Source: Geosiphon pyriformis uo1 (taxonomy: Eukaryota; Fungi; Glomeromycota). From it: DNA of 64,000 bases. Of the stretch, positions 11,273 through 22,708 are shown piece after piece. The stretch lies in assembly GCA_016748015.1 (NCBI GenBank), contig JAAOMT010000072.1, positions 1 to 64,000 of the forward strand, read 5' to 3'. Positions within the stretch are counted from its first letter, which is position 1, and every line of letters begins with the position of its first letter. A model generated the notes under the pieces. It was not told the DNA's origin, made no database searches, and saw nothing but the letters and a program-made list of their open reading frames with translations. The translations under genes were made by a program, and so were the position numbers.

Positions 11273-13933
11273 TCACTGGATGGTAAGTCTAGAGAGAGTG
11301 TTAGCATTTTGATGATGTGCTCCTTTGCGATGTTAAGTGTCATAGTCAAATTCGTCCAAGTGGAGTATGCAGCGAGTTATTCTTTTATGTTCTAGTTTCT
11401 TTTTGTTGTGTAACCAAACCAAAGCTTGGTGATCTGTTACCACCAAAAACTTTACCCCCAGGAGATACTTATCCCAGTAACTGGTAGCCCAAACTACTGC
11501 TAAGCATTCCTGCTTAGTAACTGAATAGTTCTGTTCTACTGGTATAAGGGTTCTACTGGCATATGCTATTGCATGTTCTCTGCTATCTTCATCTTTTTGT
11601 GACAGGACAGCACCAAGTTTATAACCAGATGCATCAGTATGAAGGATAAAAGATTGATCCAGATCAGGTTGCTTGAGAATAGGTTCTGTAATCAATTTTT
11701 CTTTGAGGGTTTCAAATGCTTTCTGCTGATGTGTACCCCAGTGGTAATTAACATTTTTCCTAAGTAGCTGATTGAGTGGAGAGGTGATTTTGGAAAAATC
11801 TTTGACAAATGTCTGATAATAAGAAGCCAAACCAAGGAAAGAGTGCAGTTTATGAACATTCATTGGTTGTTTAATGTTCTGGACTTTTTCAACCTTGGCT
11901 GGGTCAGGAAAGATTCCATCCTTTGTAATAAGATGGCCAAGAAATTGGGTTGATTGCTGTCCAAAGAAAGATTTGATTGGGTTTATCTTAAGGCCAGCAT
12001 TTCTAAGGAGGTCAAAAACCTTTTGCAAATGTTCAAGATGTTCATTCCAGGTTTTTGAGTACACCATTATGTCATCCAAATAAACTAGAACAAAATTTTC
12101 TTTTACTGATTCAAATACTTTGTCCATTAAGCATTGAAAGGTGGGAGGAGCATTGGTGAGACCAAAAGGCATGACTGTGAATTCATAGGTGCCATACTTG
12201 GTTATGAAGGTGGTTTTCTTCCGACTTTCTGGATCCATCTCTACTTGCCAAAATCCAGCAGTTAGATCAATAGTTGAAAAGAAAGCAGCATCTTTGAATT
12301 GGTCCAGCATTGCATCAATCTTGGGAAGTGGATACATGTCTCTTTCAGTGATGGCATTTAATTGGCAGTAGTCAACACAGAAGCATAGGGTTCCATATTT
12401 CTTGGATACCACTACAACTGGAAAAGCCCATTCACTCTTGGTTTTTTGTATAAATCCAAGTTCTTTCATGCAACAATTGGACTGATAAGGCTTCAAATGG
12501 ATAGGGCGAGTTTCTCTGGTGGTGATAGTGTGTTGTATCACATGGGTTCATCCAGGAGTATCACCTTCTTTTGAGATAACTGGGCTATTTCTAGCCAACA
12601 TATTTTCAATGTCTATCTTTCTTTCTTCTGGAGAGGGTTCTCTTTGTTCTACAACTAATGATTGGATTTCAGGTGGTTTACTTTTAAATGACTTCTGTAC
12701 TTCTTTCAATTCTTCTCTGGGTATCAAACTGATTGGTTCCCAATCTTTGTAATAGATCAGGCATGATTTGCATTCATCACTTGGAGAATACAAGGGTTGA
12801 TTGCACCAGCACTGGGCACAAGGACCATGCCACCAATAACAGTACTTGGCTTTCTTGCCAGGCTTCTGGTCAAAAGTTCTTCTTAGGATATTAGAGTAGG
12901 GTCAGCAGATCAACTTGCCATTCACAATGATTCCCTCTCTATCAGTTTTAACATTGTCTAGTGGCTTGCCATTGCTGGTAAAGGTGGTGTAGGCAAGTTC
13001 AGCAGTTTCTTCTTGTTTTTCTTGTTCATCTTCTTCATCACTCTCTTCATCATCTGATTCCTCTGATTGCTCATCTTCTTGATTATGTTTGGTTGCTGGA
13101 GGAGTTGTCCAATGGCAACATTTAACCACAATGGGTTTTTCACCACATCTTATAGTTAGCTTACAAAGTTTATAGTCGAGTAAGGCTTTTGTTTTCTTGA
13201 GCCACTCATTGCCAACAATGATGGTGTATTCTTTAGCTTTAGAAACTTCCATGTCAGTTTTAATACTGATGCCATTGATGTGGACAGGAATAGCTTTGGC
13301 AATGCCCAGACGTTTTTTCTTGTCACCATGTACATTGGTCATTGGTCAGGTGGAAGGCTCATCAATTTTTCTGCCAATTGTTTCAAGGAAGTGTTTGGCA
13401 ATTACACTAACAGATGATCCACTGTCTAGGATCAAGTCAATAAAGTAACCAGCCACTTGTGCTTTGCAAATTAAAGAAATGACATTGCTGTTGTCAGCAA
13501 GTCCAGCTTGGCAAAGGCATTTATTGGTCTTTGGTGTTTTCTTCTTGGAGATTAGAGATTTGTGGAGATCTTTTCTGAACTGTGGATGAGTCATTAACTG
13601 GCCAAAGGTAATGTGTGCTGGGGTTTCCATGAGATCTTTGACAACAGAATAGGGTCCAGATTTTTGTACAATTTCTGGGGGTTCCAACTTTGGAGAGTTC
13701 TTAAAAACTTTGGCTTTTGGTGGCTCATTGTTATCAGCAGTGGAAGTTGAGACTTTGTTGAGATCTAGAACGAAATCAACCTTGGCTTTCTTCTTTTTTC
13801 TGGTTGATTCAGAAGTGTTGATTGCTAATTCATCCATGTCATGGTCATCATCAGTTAAGTTAAAAGCGAAAAAGGGGTTTTCTTCTGGTTGGCTTGCACT
13901 CTTACCCTTTGGAGGTGTGCCTACCAGTTTAAA
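11273..13933 (-). pseudogene. pol: A2 pol (PR-RT-RNase H)
   Basis: LILDSGSS, YLDD, HTDASG; ends ...LTIQ TGA. Confidence 0.9.
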
Positions 13934-15364
13934 GGCTGATAGACTGTGGCTTCAATTAGAGGATCCTCTCCAAAGAAATTGATGTTGACATGGTTGGGTC
14001 TTTGATTGGGAGCATTATTGTTGATGGGTCTATTGTTTTGATTATTATTATTTCTGGGGACTGGAGGAGGTAAAGAAGGATTGTTGCAATCTCTTGAGAA
14101 ATGTCCAGTTAATCCACATCTATAATATACAGGAGGACCACGATTTTGCTGTCTTTGATAAGGAGGTTGCTGGGGCTGATTAAAACGTGATTCATATCTG
14201 GGTCTTTGTAGTTGTTGGTTATCTCTAACTGCTTGTGCCAAAAGTTCTAATAACCAGGCAAGATTGGCTGTGAGCCTATCAATTAATTGTTCATTTGGAT
14301 CTTGAGTTTGGGCAGCAAAAGAGGCAGCAGCCATTTGAGAGGCAGGAGCCATGACAGGAGCAGGAGCAAAAACTGGAAGTGTAGATCCCAAATGTATTCT
14401 TTGGTTGTTTTCAATTCGTTGGGCAAGTTCAATGGCCATGTTCATTGTAGGATTGTCTTTCAGGGCCAAGAGAGGCCAAAAAGCATAAGATAAATCGGTT
14501 CTCAATCCTTTTGTGAAGGAATGAATTTTTTGCTCTTTTGTCCAATTTTTTCCAGAGTCTACACACTTGATTAACTTTCTGATTGCTTTAGCATATTCAG
14601 TTACAATTTCACCAGGGCCTTGAGTTCTTCTTTCTAATTCCATGTGCCACTTGGATATCAAGATTGGAGTTCTGAACTTGTTTTCAAACCAGGTTGTGAA
14701 AGAGGTGTTGTTTTCTCCGGCATTTGCTGGCATCCATCTAATGATTCTTTGATGGGCATTAGCATCAGTTTTCTGTGAAAACCATGTAGCAGGGGAGCCT
14801 TGGAGGTAGCCACCAACAATTTGAAACTTGTACTCATCATCATATTGGTTGGCTGTAGCAGCTCTCTCAAAGTCATCCAACCATTCAATTGGATCTTGGG
14901 CATCACCTCTGAATAATGGTAATGGGGTGTTGTTTCTTCGCCCTAAAGCAGTCTGTATATCTTGGAGGGCAATCAGAATGTTTTGTTGCAGAGGGTCTTG
15001 AGCCATTGGTTCAGGTGTAACTGTTTGTGTGGAGTGTTCTGATTCACTTGAAAAGAGNNNNNNNNNNNNNNNNNNNNGTTGCAGAATATAAAAGCTGATT
15101 GATACTGTTGTTTCTTCCTTCAAAGTTGTCTTCAAAATAAGCTTGGTCAAAGTAATAGATTGTATAAGCTGTGTAGGTTTCAGCTGAATGCTCATTCAAG
15201 AACCAGTTCCAAAAGTCTTGGAATTGTCTGCTGGATTGTTCTTCAATGGGAAAGCAAATCAAGCAGAAGGGCAAAGAATTGAGTTCAATAAAGTCTAGAT
15301 CGTTTTTGTTGTGTGCTTTAAAGTGTTTTTCTGATTGTTGTGGCAGGTATGAATAATTACCCAT
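13921..15364 (-). pseudogene. gag: A2 gag
   Basis: Long open frame with degenerate knuckle YYRCGLTGHFSRDC; ends VYQPLNW*. Confidence 0.9.
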
Positions 15365-15416
15365 ACAATAGGAAACAAAGTGGATTTTGACAACCTCATA
15401 GGGAGCACCACTTTTA

Positions 15417-16092
15417 TGTTACAGGTTGGAGTAACAAGCTAACAGATAGTAAGGAAGAACAGGATTGTAGGGTGATGGAAATAATCAAAGAGAATTTCAA
15501 CTTTAAAGAGCGAATTGAATGAGTATGGATTCAATGTGTGAGATCAGTCTCATAAAATATCTCAGTCGCTATTCTTTTCAAAGGTAACTGGGGAATCTGA
15601 AGGTAGAGGGATAGTCCGTACTGTCAACAATTGATCACCACTGGTATAATTCTATGCCTCACATTGGCGCTCTTAGAATTCAATATCAGGTATCAACTTG
15701 TGCTTTTCAGTCATGTTTATTTAAATAATCTTCAAATGCTACAATTATATCATCAAGAAAAGGCCAACAAGTAATCTTTTATCTTTAAGATGTTCAGATG
15801 GAAAGGGAAATTAGCAATAAGAGAAGGATTGAGATGAAAGTTGTTATTTTATTTATTCTTGATTATTCAAATGCTTGTTATTACATGCTTTTCTACAGTT
15901 AAGAGATTCATTGCTTATATAGCTATCAAAAGTGGTCAATGATCAGATCAATGATCAGGTCATTGATCAGATCAACAGTCAGGTCAACGGTCAGGTCAAT
16001 GATCACTTTCTAAAAATAGTGTGTCTAATCATATGACATCAATGGCTAATACATGTGATAATTAATAAGAAGTATAGGTCTCAACCATAATA
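15417..16092 (-). repeat. A2 5' LTR
   Basis: Homologous to the A1 LTR; adjacent PBS; six 12-bp units. Confidence 0.92.
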
Positions 16093-16184
16093 TTACTATA
16101 GAAAAAGTAATGTTTGCAACTTTTTTACTCTTAGCTCTAGTCATAGTCATAAAATTTAGAAGAGAAAGAGTTTTTTGTCTGCAT
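16093..16184 (-). mobile_element. 5' terminal ~90 bp of ORF1-only element copy H0 (interrupted by A2)
   Basis: Matches the H1/H2 5' end (KTLSLLNFMT..RAKSKKVAN); sits in the RNase H-integrase spacer of A2b. Confidence 0.8.
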
Positions 16185-19100
16185 CTTATTATTAGTAACT
16201 CTCTTACAAACAAACACAATAATAGACTTGGACAACTACTTTGCTTTAATAGAATTTTTGAGTAAAGAACAATACCCACCAGACTACACTCAACAGCAAA
16301 GTAAACATTTGTGCAAACAATCAAATTTCTATTTGATTTACCAGAACCAACTGTATAAAAGATCCTGACCACCCCCAGAGAGTTATCAAATTTGAAGAAA
16401 GAGAAATTGTAATATACAACATATACACTGATCCATTAGCTAGACACTTTGGAAAAACAAAAACAATTCAGAAAACTTTAGCTTGCTATTATTGGCCTAC
16501 CTTAAGAAAAAACATTGCTGAGTACATTAAAACCTGTGACACTTGCCAAAGAAGAGAAAAACCCAACCAGAAGAAAGATATCTATCTAATCTCTATTGAC
16601 CAACCATTTGACAGAATTGGTATAGATGTTGTTGGACCCTTAACAATAACTCCTGATGGCAATAGATATATTATTACAGCTACTGACTATCTTACAAAGT
16701 GAGTAGAAGCAAGAGCCACCTCAGACCAAACAGCAGTCTCAATAGCCAATTTCAGTTATGAAAATATTATTTGCTGTCATGGCTGCCCCAAAGAACTTTT
16801 ATCTGATAAAAGAAGAGCTTTTCTCAGTACACTGGTTGAAGAACTTTGTAGAAAAATGGGAATACATCATAAACTTTTCTCCCCTTATCATCCCCAAACA
16901 AATGGCCTAGTGAAAGATTTCAATAGAACACTATGTAAAACTCTAGCCAAAACCAGGAAAGAAACAAACTTATGAGACAAAGTACTGCCTTCAGCTTTGT
17001 TTGCTTATAGTGTTATGGGTTGGAGTAACAAGCTAATAGATAGCAAAGAAGAACAGGATTGTAGGGTGATGGAAATAATCAAAGGGGAATTCAACTTCAA
17101 AGAGTGAATTGAATAAGTATGGATTCAATGTGCAAGATCAGTCTCATAAAATATCTCAGTCGCTATACTTTTCAAAGATAACCGGGGAATCTGAAGGTAG
17201 AGGGATAGTCCGTACTGTCAACAAATAATCATACTTGGTATAATTCTATGCTTCACATCAGCACTCTTAGAATTCAATATCAAGTATCAGATGTGCTCTT
17301 TAGTCATGTTTTATTCAATAATCTTCAAATACTTCGTTTAATTGTTTCAGGAAAAGGCAGATAAACACCAACAAGAGATCTTTTATCCAAAAGATGTTCA
17401 GATACTTGAAGATAGGGAAAGAGAAATTAGCGATAAGAGAATGTTTGAAATGAAAGTTGTTTTATTATATTTCTTTGATTGTTGGGAACATACTTTTCTA
17501 CAGCTAAGAGACTCATTGCTTATATAGCTATGAAAAGTGGTCAACAATCAGATCAATGATCAGGTCAATGATCAGGTCAATGGTCAGGTCATTGATCAAG
17601 TCAATAATTACTATCTAAAAATAGGTTGGCTAATTATATAACATCAATGGCTAATATATGTGATAACTAATAAAAACTATGAGTTTCAACCATAACAATA
17701 GAACTGTGAATCATGACATAACAAGTTATGAACCTTTTTATCTGCTCTATAAATATATGACAATACTACCAATAGAAACTGACATTGAAACAATACCCTT
17801 TGAAGAGATCACAATAGGAAATTACAAAGACATTTTGCAAAGAAGACTTGGTACCATTCTTGACTCCTTGGTAGAAGCATGAATAATTGCTTTTGAAAAG
17901 ATAAAACAGTTCCAAGAAAAGCTTAAGAAAAAGAAAACCTATAAAACACTTTCTTTAAGTGTTGGTGATTTGGTACTAGAATACCATTCTGACAGAAACA
18001 ATGTTTATGGTGATAAATTTTCTAGCCAGTGGAAAAGACTCTTTTTAATCAACAAAGTTTTGAACAATGGTTTTTATATTCTTCAAGATCAATCTGGAAC
18101 AATCTTCAATGATCATCTTGTTCATAGTACATGACTCAAAAAATATCATAAACAACCTAATTGGTTGTCTATTGTGGTAATATCAACTTAAATGGTTAGC
18201 AAAAATCAAGTATAAATAAATGCACCATTCCCAAAACAGAGATATCTTCAATTAACATGAATAATTGTTTTCTGGATCAAAACATTTAAAATGTCTTCTA
18301 TACTCTCCATAAGTATTAAATTAAAAACTATCTAAATGCTACTCTTATCATTGGAAAACAAACCACTATAATTGATAACAGTAGAACACATACTGTGATT
18401 AGACCCAAGAAAACCATTACCAGAAGAGAAAAAATTGGTAGCAAAATGGATAAATATTTGTTAGAAAGTATAAAAGCAGCTATACTTCTATCTTTCAGCA
18501 CAATTGGAAAAACACTCCAAGAAATTTTGCCCATAGACAAAAACTTGTCATATGGAAGACAATTAAAACTCTATGGTTACCTTGGTGAAATTATAGAGAA
18601 CATAAAACTAATGAAGAAAACAATTTCAGAGATACAGATAAAAACTTTGGACATTATATGGTTAGATGTTTTAAGAGTTTTGACTATTGCTAAAAGAGCC
18701 AAAACTCTTATATAAAGATTTGGTTTCTTAGATACAAAACTTATTTTGCCTCAAGTATTATATACCTTATTCACAAAAAACTTCAATAAACTAATTAGCT
18801 TTAAATTAGACAAAACCCTTCAAATAGATTATCTCATGAATAACTTGATTTTCCCAGAGCTCAATCTCTTTAGAGAGAATAATATTATGGTTAAAACTCA
18901 TACTTTTTATTAGTTATCACATATATTAGCCACTAATATCATATAATTAGCCACCCTATTTTTGGATAGTGATTATTAACCTAATCAATGACTTAACTGT
19001 TGACCTGATTATTAATCTGATCATTGACTACTTTTGATAGCTATATAAGCAATGAATCTCTTAGCTGTAAATAAAATAACAACTTTTATCTCAATTCTTT

Positions 19101-19527
19101 TCTTATTACTAATTTTTTTTTTCTTATCTTCAGTATTTGAACATTTTGGGATAAAAGATTACTTGTTGGTTATTTTTTATCTTTTCCTGAAATATGTAAT
19201 TGTAGCATTTGAAGATTAATAAATAAAACATAACTAAAGAGTACATCTGATATCTGATATTGAATTCTAAGAGTGCCGATGTGAGACATAGAATTATACC
19301 AGTGTGTGATTATTTATTAATAGTATAGACTATTTCTCTACCTTCAGATTCTCCAGTTATCTTTTGAAAAGTATAATAACTGAGATATTTTATGAAACTG
19401 ATCTTGCATATTGAATCTATACTTATTCAATTTGCTCTTTGAAGTTGAATTCTCTTTGATTTCTTTTATCACTCTACAATTTTGTTCTCCCTTGTTATCC
19501 ATTAGCTTGTTACTCCAACCCATAATA
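16185..19527 (+). mobile_element. Gypsy family A copy A2b: degraded integrase, ORF4 and 3' LTR (18883-19527)
   Basis: Colinear with A1 from about 6285 to 8931; many stops; right flank GTAT. Confidence 0.9.
17011..17697 (-). repeat. Solo LTR, family A
   Basis: TG...CA termini; 4-bp TSD ATAG at 17007-17010 and 17698-17701 within the A2b integrase. Confidence 0.93.
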
Positions 19528-19908
19528 GTATACTCAAAAACCTGGAATGAATATTTTAAACACTTGCAAAAGATTTTTAACCTCTTTAGAAATGCTGGCC
19601 TCAAGATCAATTCAATCAAATCTTTTTTTGGATGTTAATTCACCTAGTTTTTTGGTCATTTTATTACAAAAAATAGAATATTCTCTGATCCTGCTAAAGT
19701 TAAAAAAGTCCAGAACATTAGACAACAAATAAATGTTTATGAACTATGCTCTTTTTTTGGATTGGCCACCTATTATCACAAATTCATTAAGGATTTCTCC
19801 AAAATCATCTTTCTTTTTAATCAGCTTCTCAAGAAAACTGTCAATTATTATTGGAGTATACATCAACAAAAAACATTTGAAACTTTAAAGAAAAAATTAG
19901 TTACAAAA
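19528..19908 (+). pseudogene. pol: RT fragment of an old family-A copy A2c (continues at 30170-30302 and, inverted, at 38150-38222)
   Basis: VYSKTWNE...KKLVT; colinear across the LINE and A3 insertions. Confidence 0.85.
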
Positions 19909-20043
19909 TGTATTTAAAAAACTTTTTTTTCTCTTTTTGACTGCTACCACACAATTTACTACACTTCAAATTTGAAAAATAAGTTTTTGCAAAGAAACCT
20001 TTAACTGAAATATATTATTATTACTATTACAACAGACTTAAAA

Positions 20044-22708
20044 GTGTCTGATAACAATGTTAACAGTGAAGTGACAACAGTCACGCAAAGAAGTACAAGT
20101 GTAGAAACTATTGATAGTGAAAATTAAGTGGAAGGGAACATAACTTCTACTGCTGAAGGAGAAGACATTAATGCTAATTCATGAAATTCATCAACTGTGA
20201 AAACTGCCAGACCTATTACACCTTCATTTAGATTTGAAACTATTGTTATGGTTGAAACTCATAGTTTTTATTAGTTATTACATGTATTAGCCACTGATGT
20301 CATATAATTAGCCAACCTATTTTTTTGATAGTAATCATTGACCTGATCAATGACCTGACCGTTGACCTGATCATTGACCTGATCATTGACCTGGTTGTTG
20401 ACCACTTTTCATAGCTATATAAGCAATGAGTCTCTTAGTTGTAGAAAAGTATGTTCCCAACAATCAAAGAAATATAATAAAACAACTTTCATCTCAAACA
20501 TTCTCTTATCGCTAATTTCTCTTTCCCTACTTTCAAGTATCTGAACATCTTTTGGATAAAAGATCTCTTGTTGGTGTTTATCTGCCTTTTCCTGAAATGA
20601 TTAAACAAAGTATTTGAAGATTATTAAATAAAACGTGACTGAAGAGCACATTTAATACTTGATATTGAATTCTAAGAGTGCTGATGTAAGGCATAGAATT
20701 ATACCAAGTGTGATCATTTGTTGACAGTATGGACTATCCCTCTACCTTCAGATTCCCCAGTTACCTTTGAAAAGTATAATGACTGAGATATTTTATGAGA
20801 CTGATCTTGCGCATTGAATCCATACTTATTCAATTTGCTCTTTGAAGTTGAATTCCCCTTTGATTATTTCCATCACCCTACAATTCTGTTTTCCTTTGCT
20901 ATCCATTAGCTTGTTACTCCAACCTGTAACACTATCAATAGGCCATTTGGAAGTGTGAACACAAGTAGTGGAGATGATACACCCTTTAGAATAGCCAACA
21001 CATTGAAAAGAACAGCTCCACATAGGAGAGCAGCAGACTTTTCTCTGATAACAGCTAACAAATTAGAGGAAAAGGCCAACAAAAAATACAGACACATTGA
21101 AAGATTAAGCGTAAAAGAGCTAACTAAGAAATTCACCCAAATATCTAAAGAAGACTTACCCAAAACCACATCTGTTTGAATCTATCACTTTGTCTTGCAG
21201 CCAATGTTCAACAAAAGAGGAAATAGTAACAAATTTCAAATGGAAGCTTGGACTGATGAAAAGGGAGCCTCAAAGTCTCTGAAAAAAATGGATGGATCAT
21301 TCAAAGTGCCTAAAGAAGACAGAAACAGAGCTGCACAAATAGAAACAGCTCTGAGAAAGTGCAATCCTGATATTTTAGACAGAAGAAAGTCTGCATTAGA
21401 GAATGAAAAACAAATGGACAATTCATTTGACACAAACAGAGATAAGCCTAATGCAAATAATGTCACAGAAGACATGGAAGACTCTGAATTAAGCCTTTCA
21501 AGCAGAATGGCTAGTCCAAGTCCAGAACAATACAGTAGTAGGTTACTTGGCAAAAAACCCATGCTTATGAAAGCAAACCAGAAGGAAGGATGGAAAATGG
21601 TGGTCCATGGGACCAAAAGGCATGTACTTTTTGTACAAGCATTAGATATATTTGAAAAAATCATGGGGCTGCTATGAAAGAATTTGGTGAGGTCAAAAAA
21701 ATCCAAATCAGAGTGGCTGGCAAATGGCAATCAGCTGTGGTTGAATATAACAACCAAGAAGAAGCAACAAGAGCTATAGATCAATGGTCGACCATGATCA
21801 GAAAAGATGTGGTCAGAATTTACCCAATGATTGGAACCCAAAAGATTATTGAGCAGAGAAAAACCTGGGAAGCTAAATTGGTGGGCCTACCACAGAACTG
21901 TACTGCTTACTATTTGAGCACCACTTTGGATCAAATCAGAGCCTGATCCTGCTTCATCCCAAAAACTAGTAAAAATTACACAAGGATGGGCTGTGCTTAT
22001 GTAGGATTTGACAGTAAAGCTAGCCACAACAATGCCACTAAAAAGCCCTTGGTAATTGGTGACACACTGGTCCACTGGGTGCCTACTGATGCTAAAGAGT
22101 GCCACTTCTGTTACCAGGTAGGACATTTGGTCTCAAAATGTCCAACCCTGCATAAGAAGAAAGAAGGAGATACCAAGAAAGTTACCAACAATATTAGATT
22201 GGCAAAACTGTATGTTAAGAGGAATGTTCCAGAGGAAAACATCAAGGCCTTTGGTGGAAGATCATATGCTGATATGGCTGCACTCAGACTGCCCCATAAC
22301 CGGAACAACACCAATCCAAACAATACTCAGAAATCTGGTCCACAAGTGAACAATAGGGAAGAACAATCAAAAAAAGGAGTTAACCAACCATGGAAGAGTG
22401 AAATTGATGAACTAAGACAGCAGGTTAATGAAATGGTGAAACTGCTGAATGCAGTTGCTGCCAAAGGTAAAAAAGTAATAGTTACTCAACAGCCAAGTTA
22501 CACCTCAGAAGAAAAAGAAGTGATAAAAATTGGGTTACCAAGCCAAAGTACTACATTGAAAGAGGCATACAACCCAGAATTAGAAATCAAAGAAATTAAA
22601 AAAACTTTGGAACCCATTCTGGAGTTACTAAAGCAAGTGAAAAAACAGAGTAGCTGGAGCAGTTCTACTACTGAAGAATCTAAATCTATGGAAACAGATG
22701 ATGTGTAA
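20044..22708 (+). pseudogene. LINE ORF1: RRM-like domains, CCHC knuckle, coiled coil (start approximate)
   Basis: FGEVKKIQIRVAGKWQSAVVEY; AKLVGLP; CHFCYQVGHLVSKC; EIDELRQQVNEM. Confidence 0.82.
20244..20931 (+). repeat. Solo LTR, family A, inside LINE ORF1
   Basis: TGTTA...TAACA; 4-bp TSD CTAT on both sides. Confidence 0.93.

Larger units (their letters stand above)
11167..16092 (-). mobile_element. Gypsy family A copy A2 (5' LTR, gag, pol, integrase start)
   Basis: LTR 15417-16092, PBS, gag 15364-13921, pol 13933-11273, IN ATG at 11207; small N gap at 15058-15077. Confidence 0.93.

Noticed and set aside
20332-20403. Regular short repeats that could suggest a CRISPR array
   Set aside because: Head-to-tail 12-mers with no spacers, inside a eukaryotic LTR
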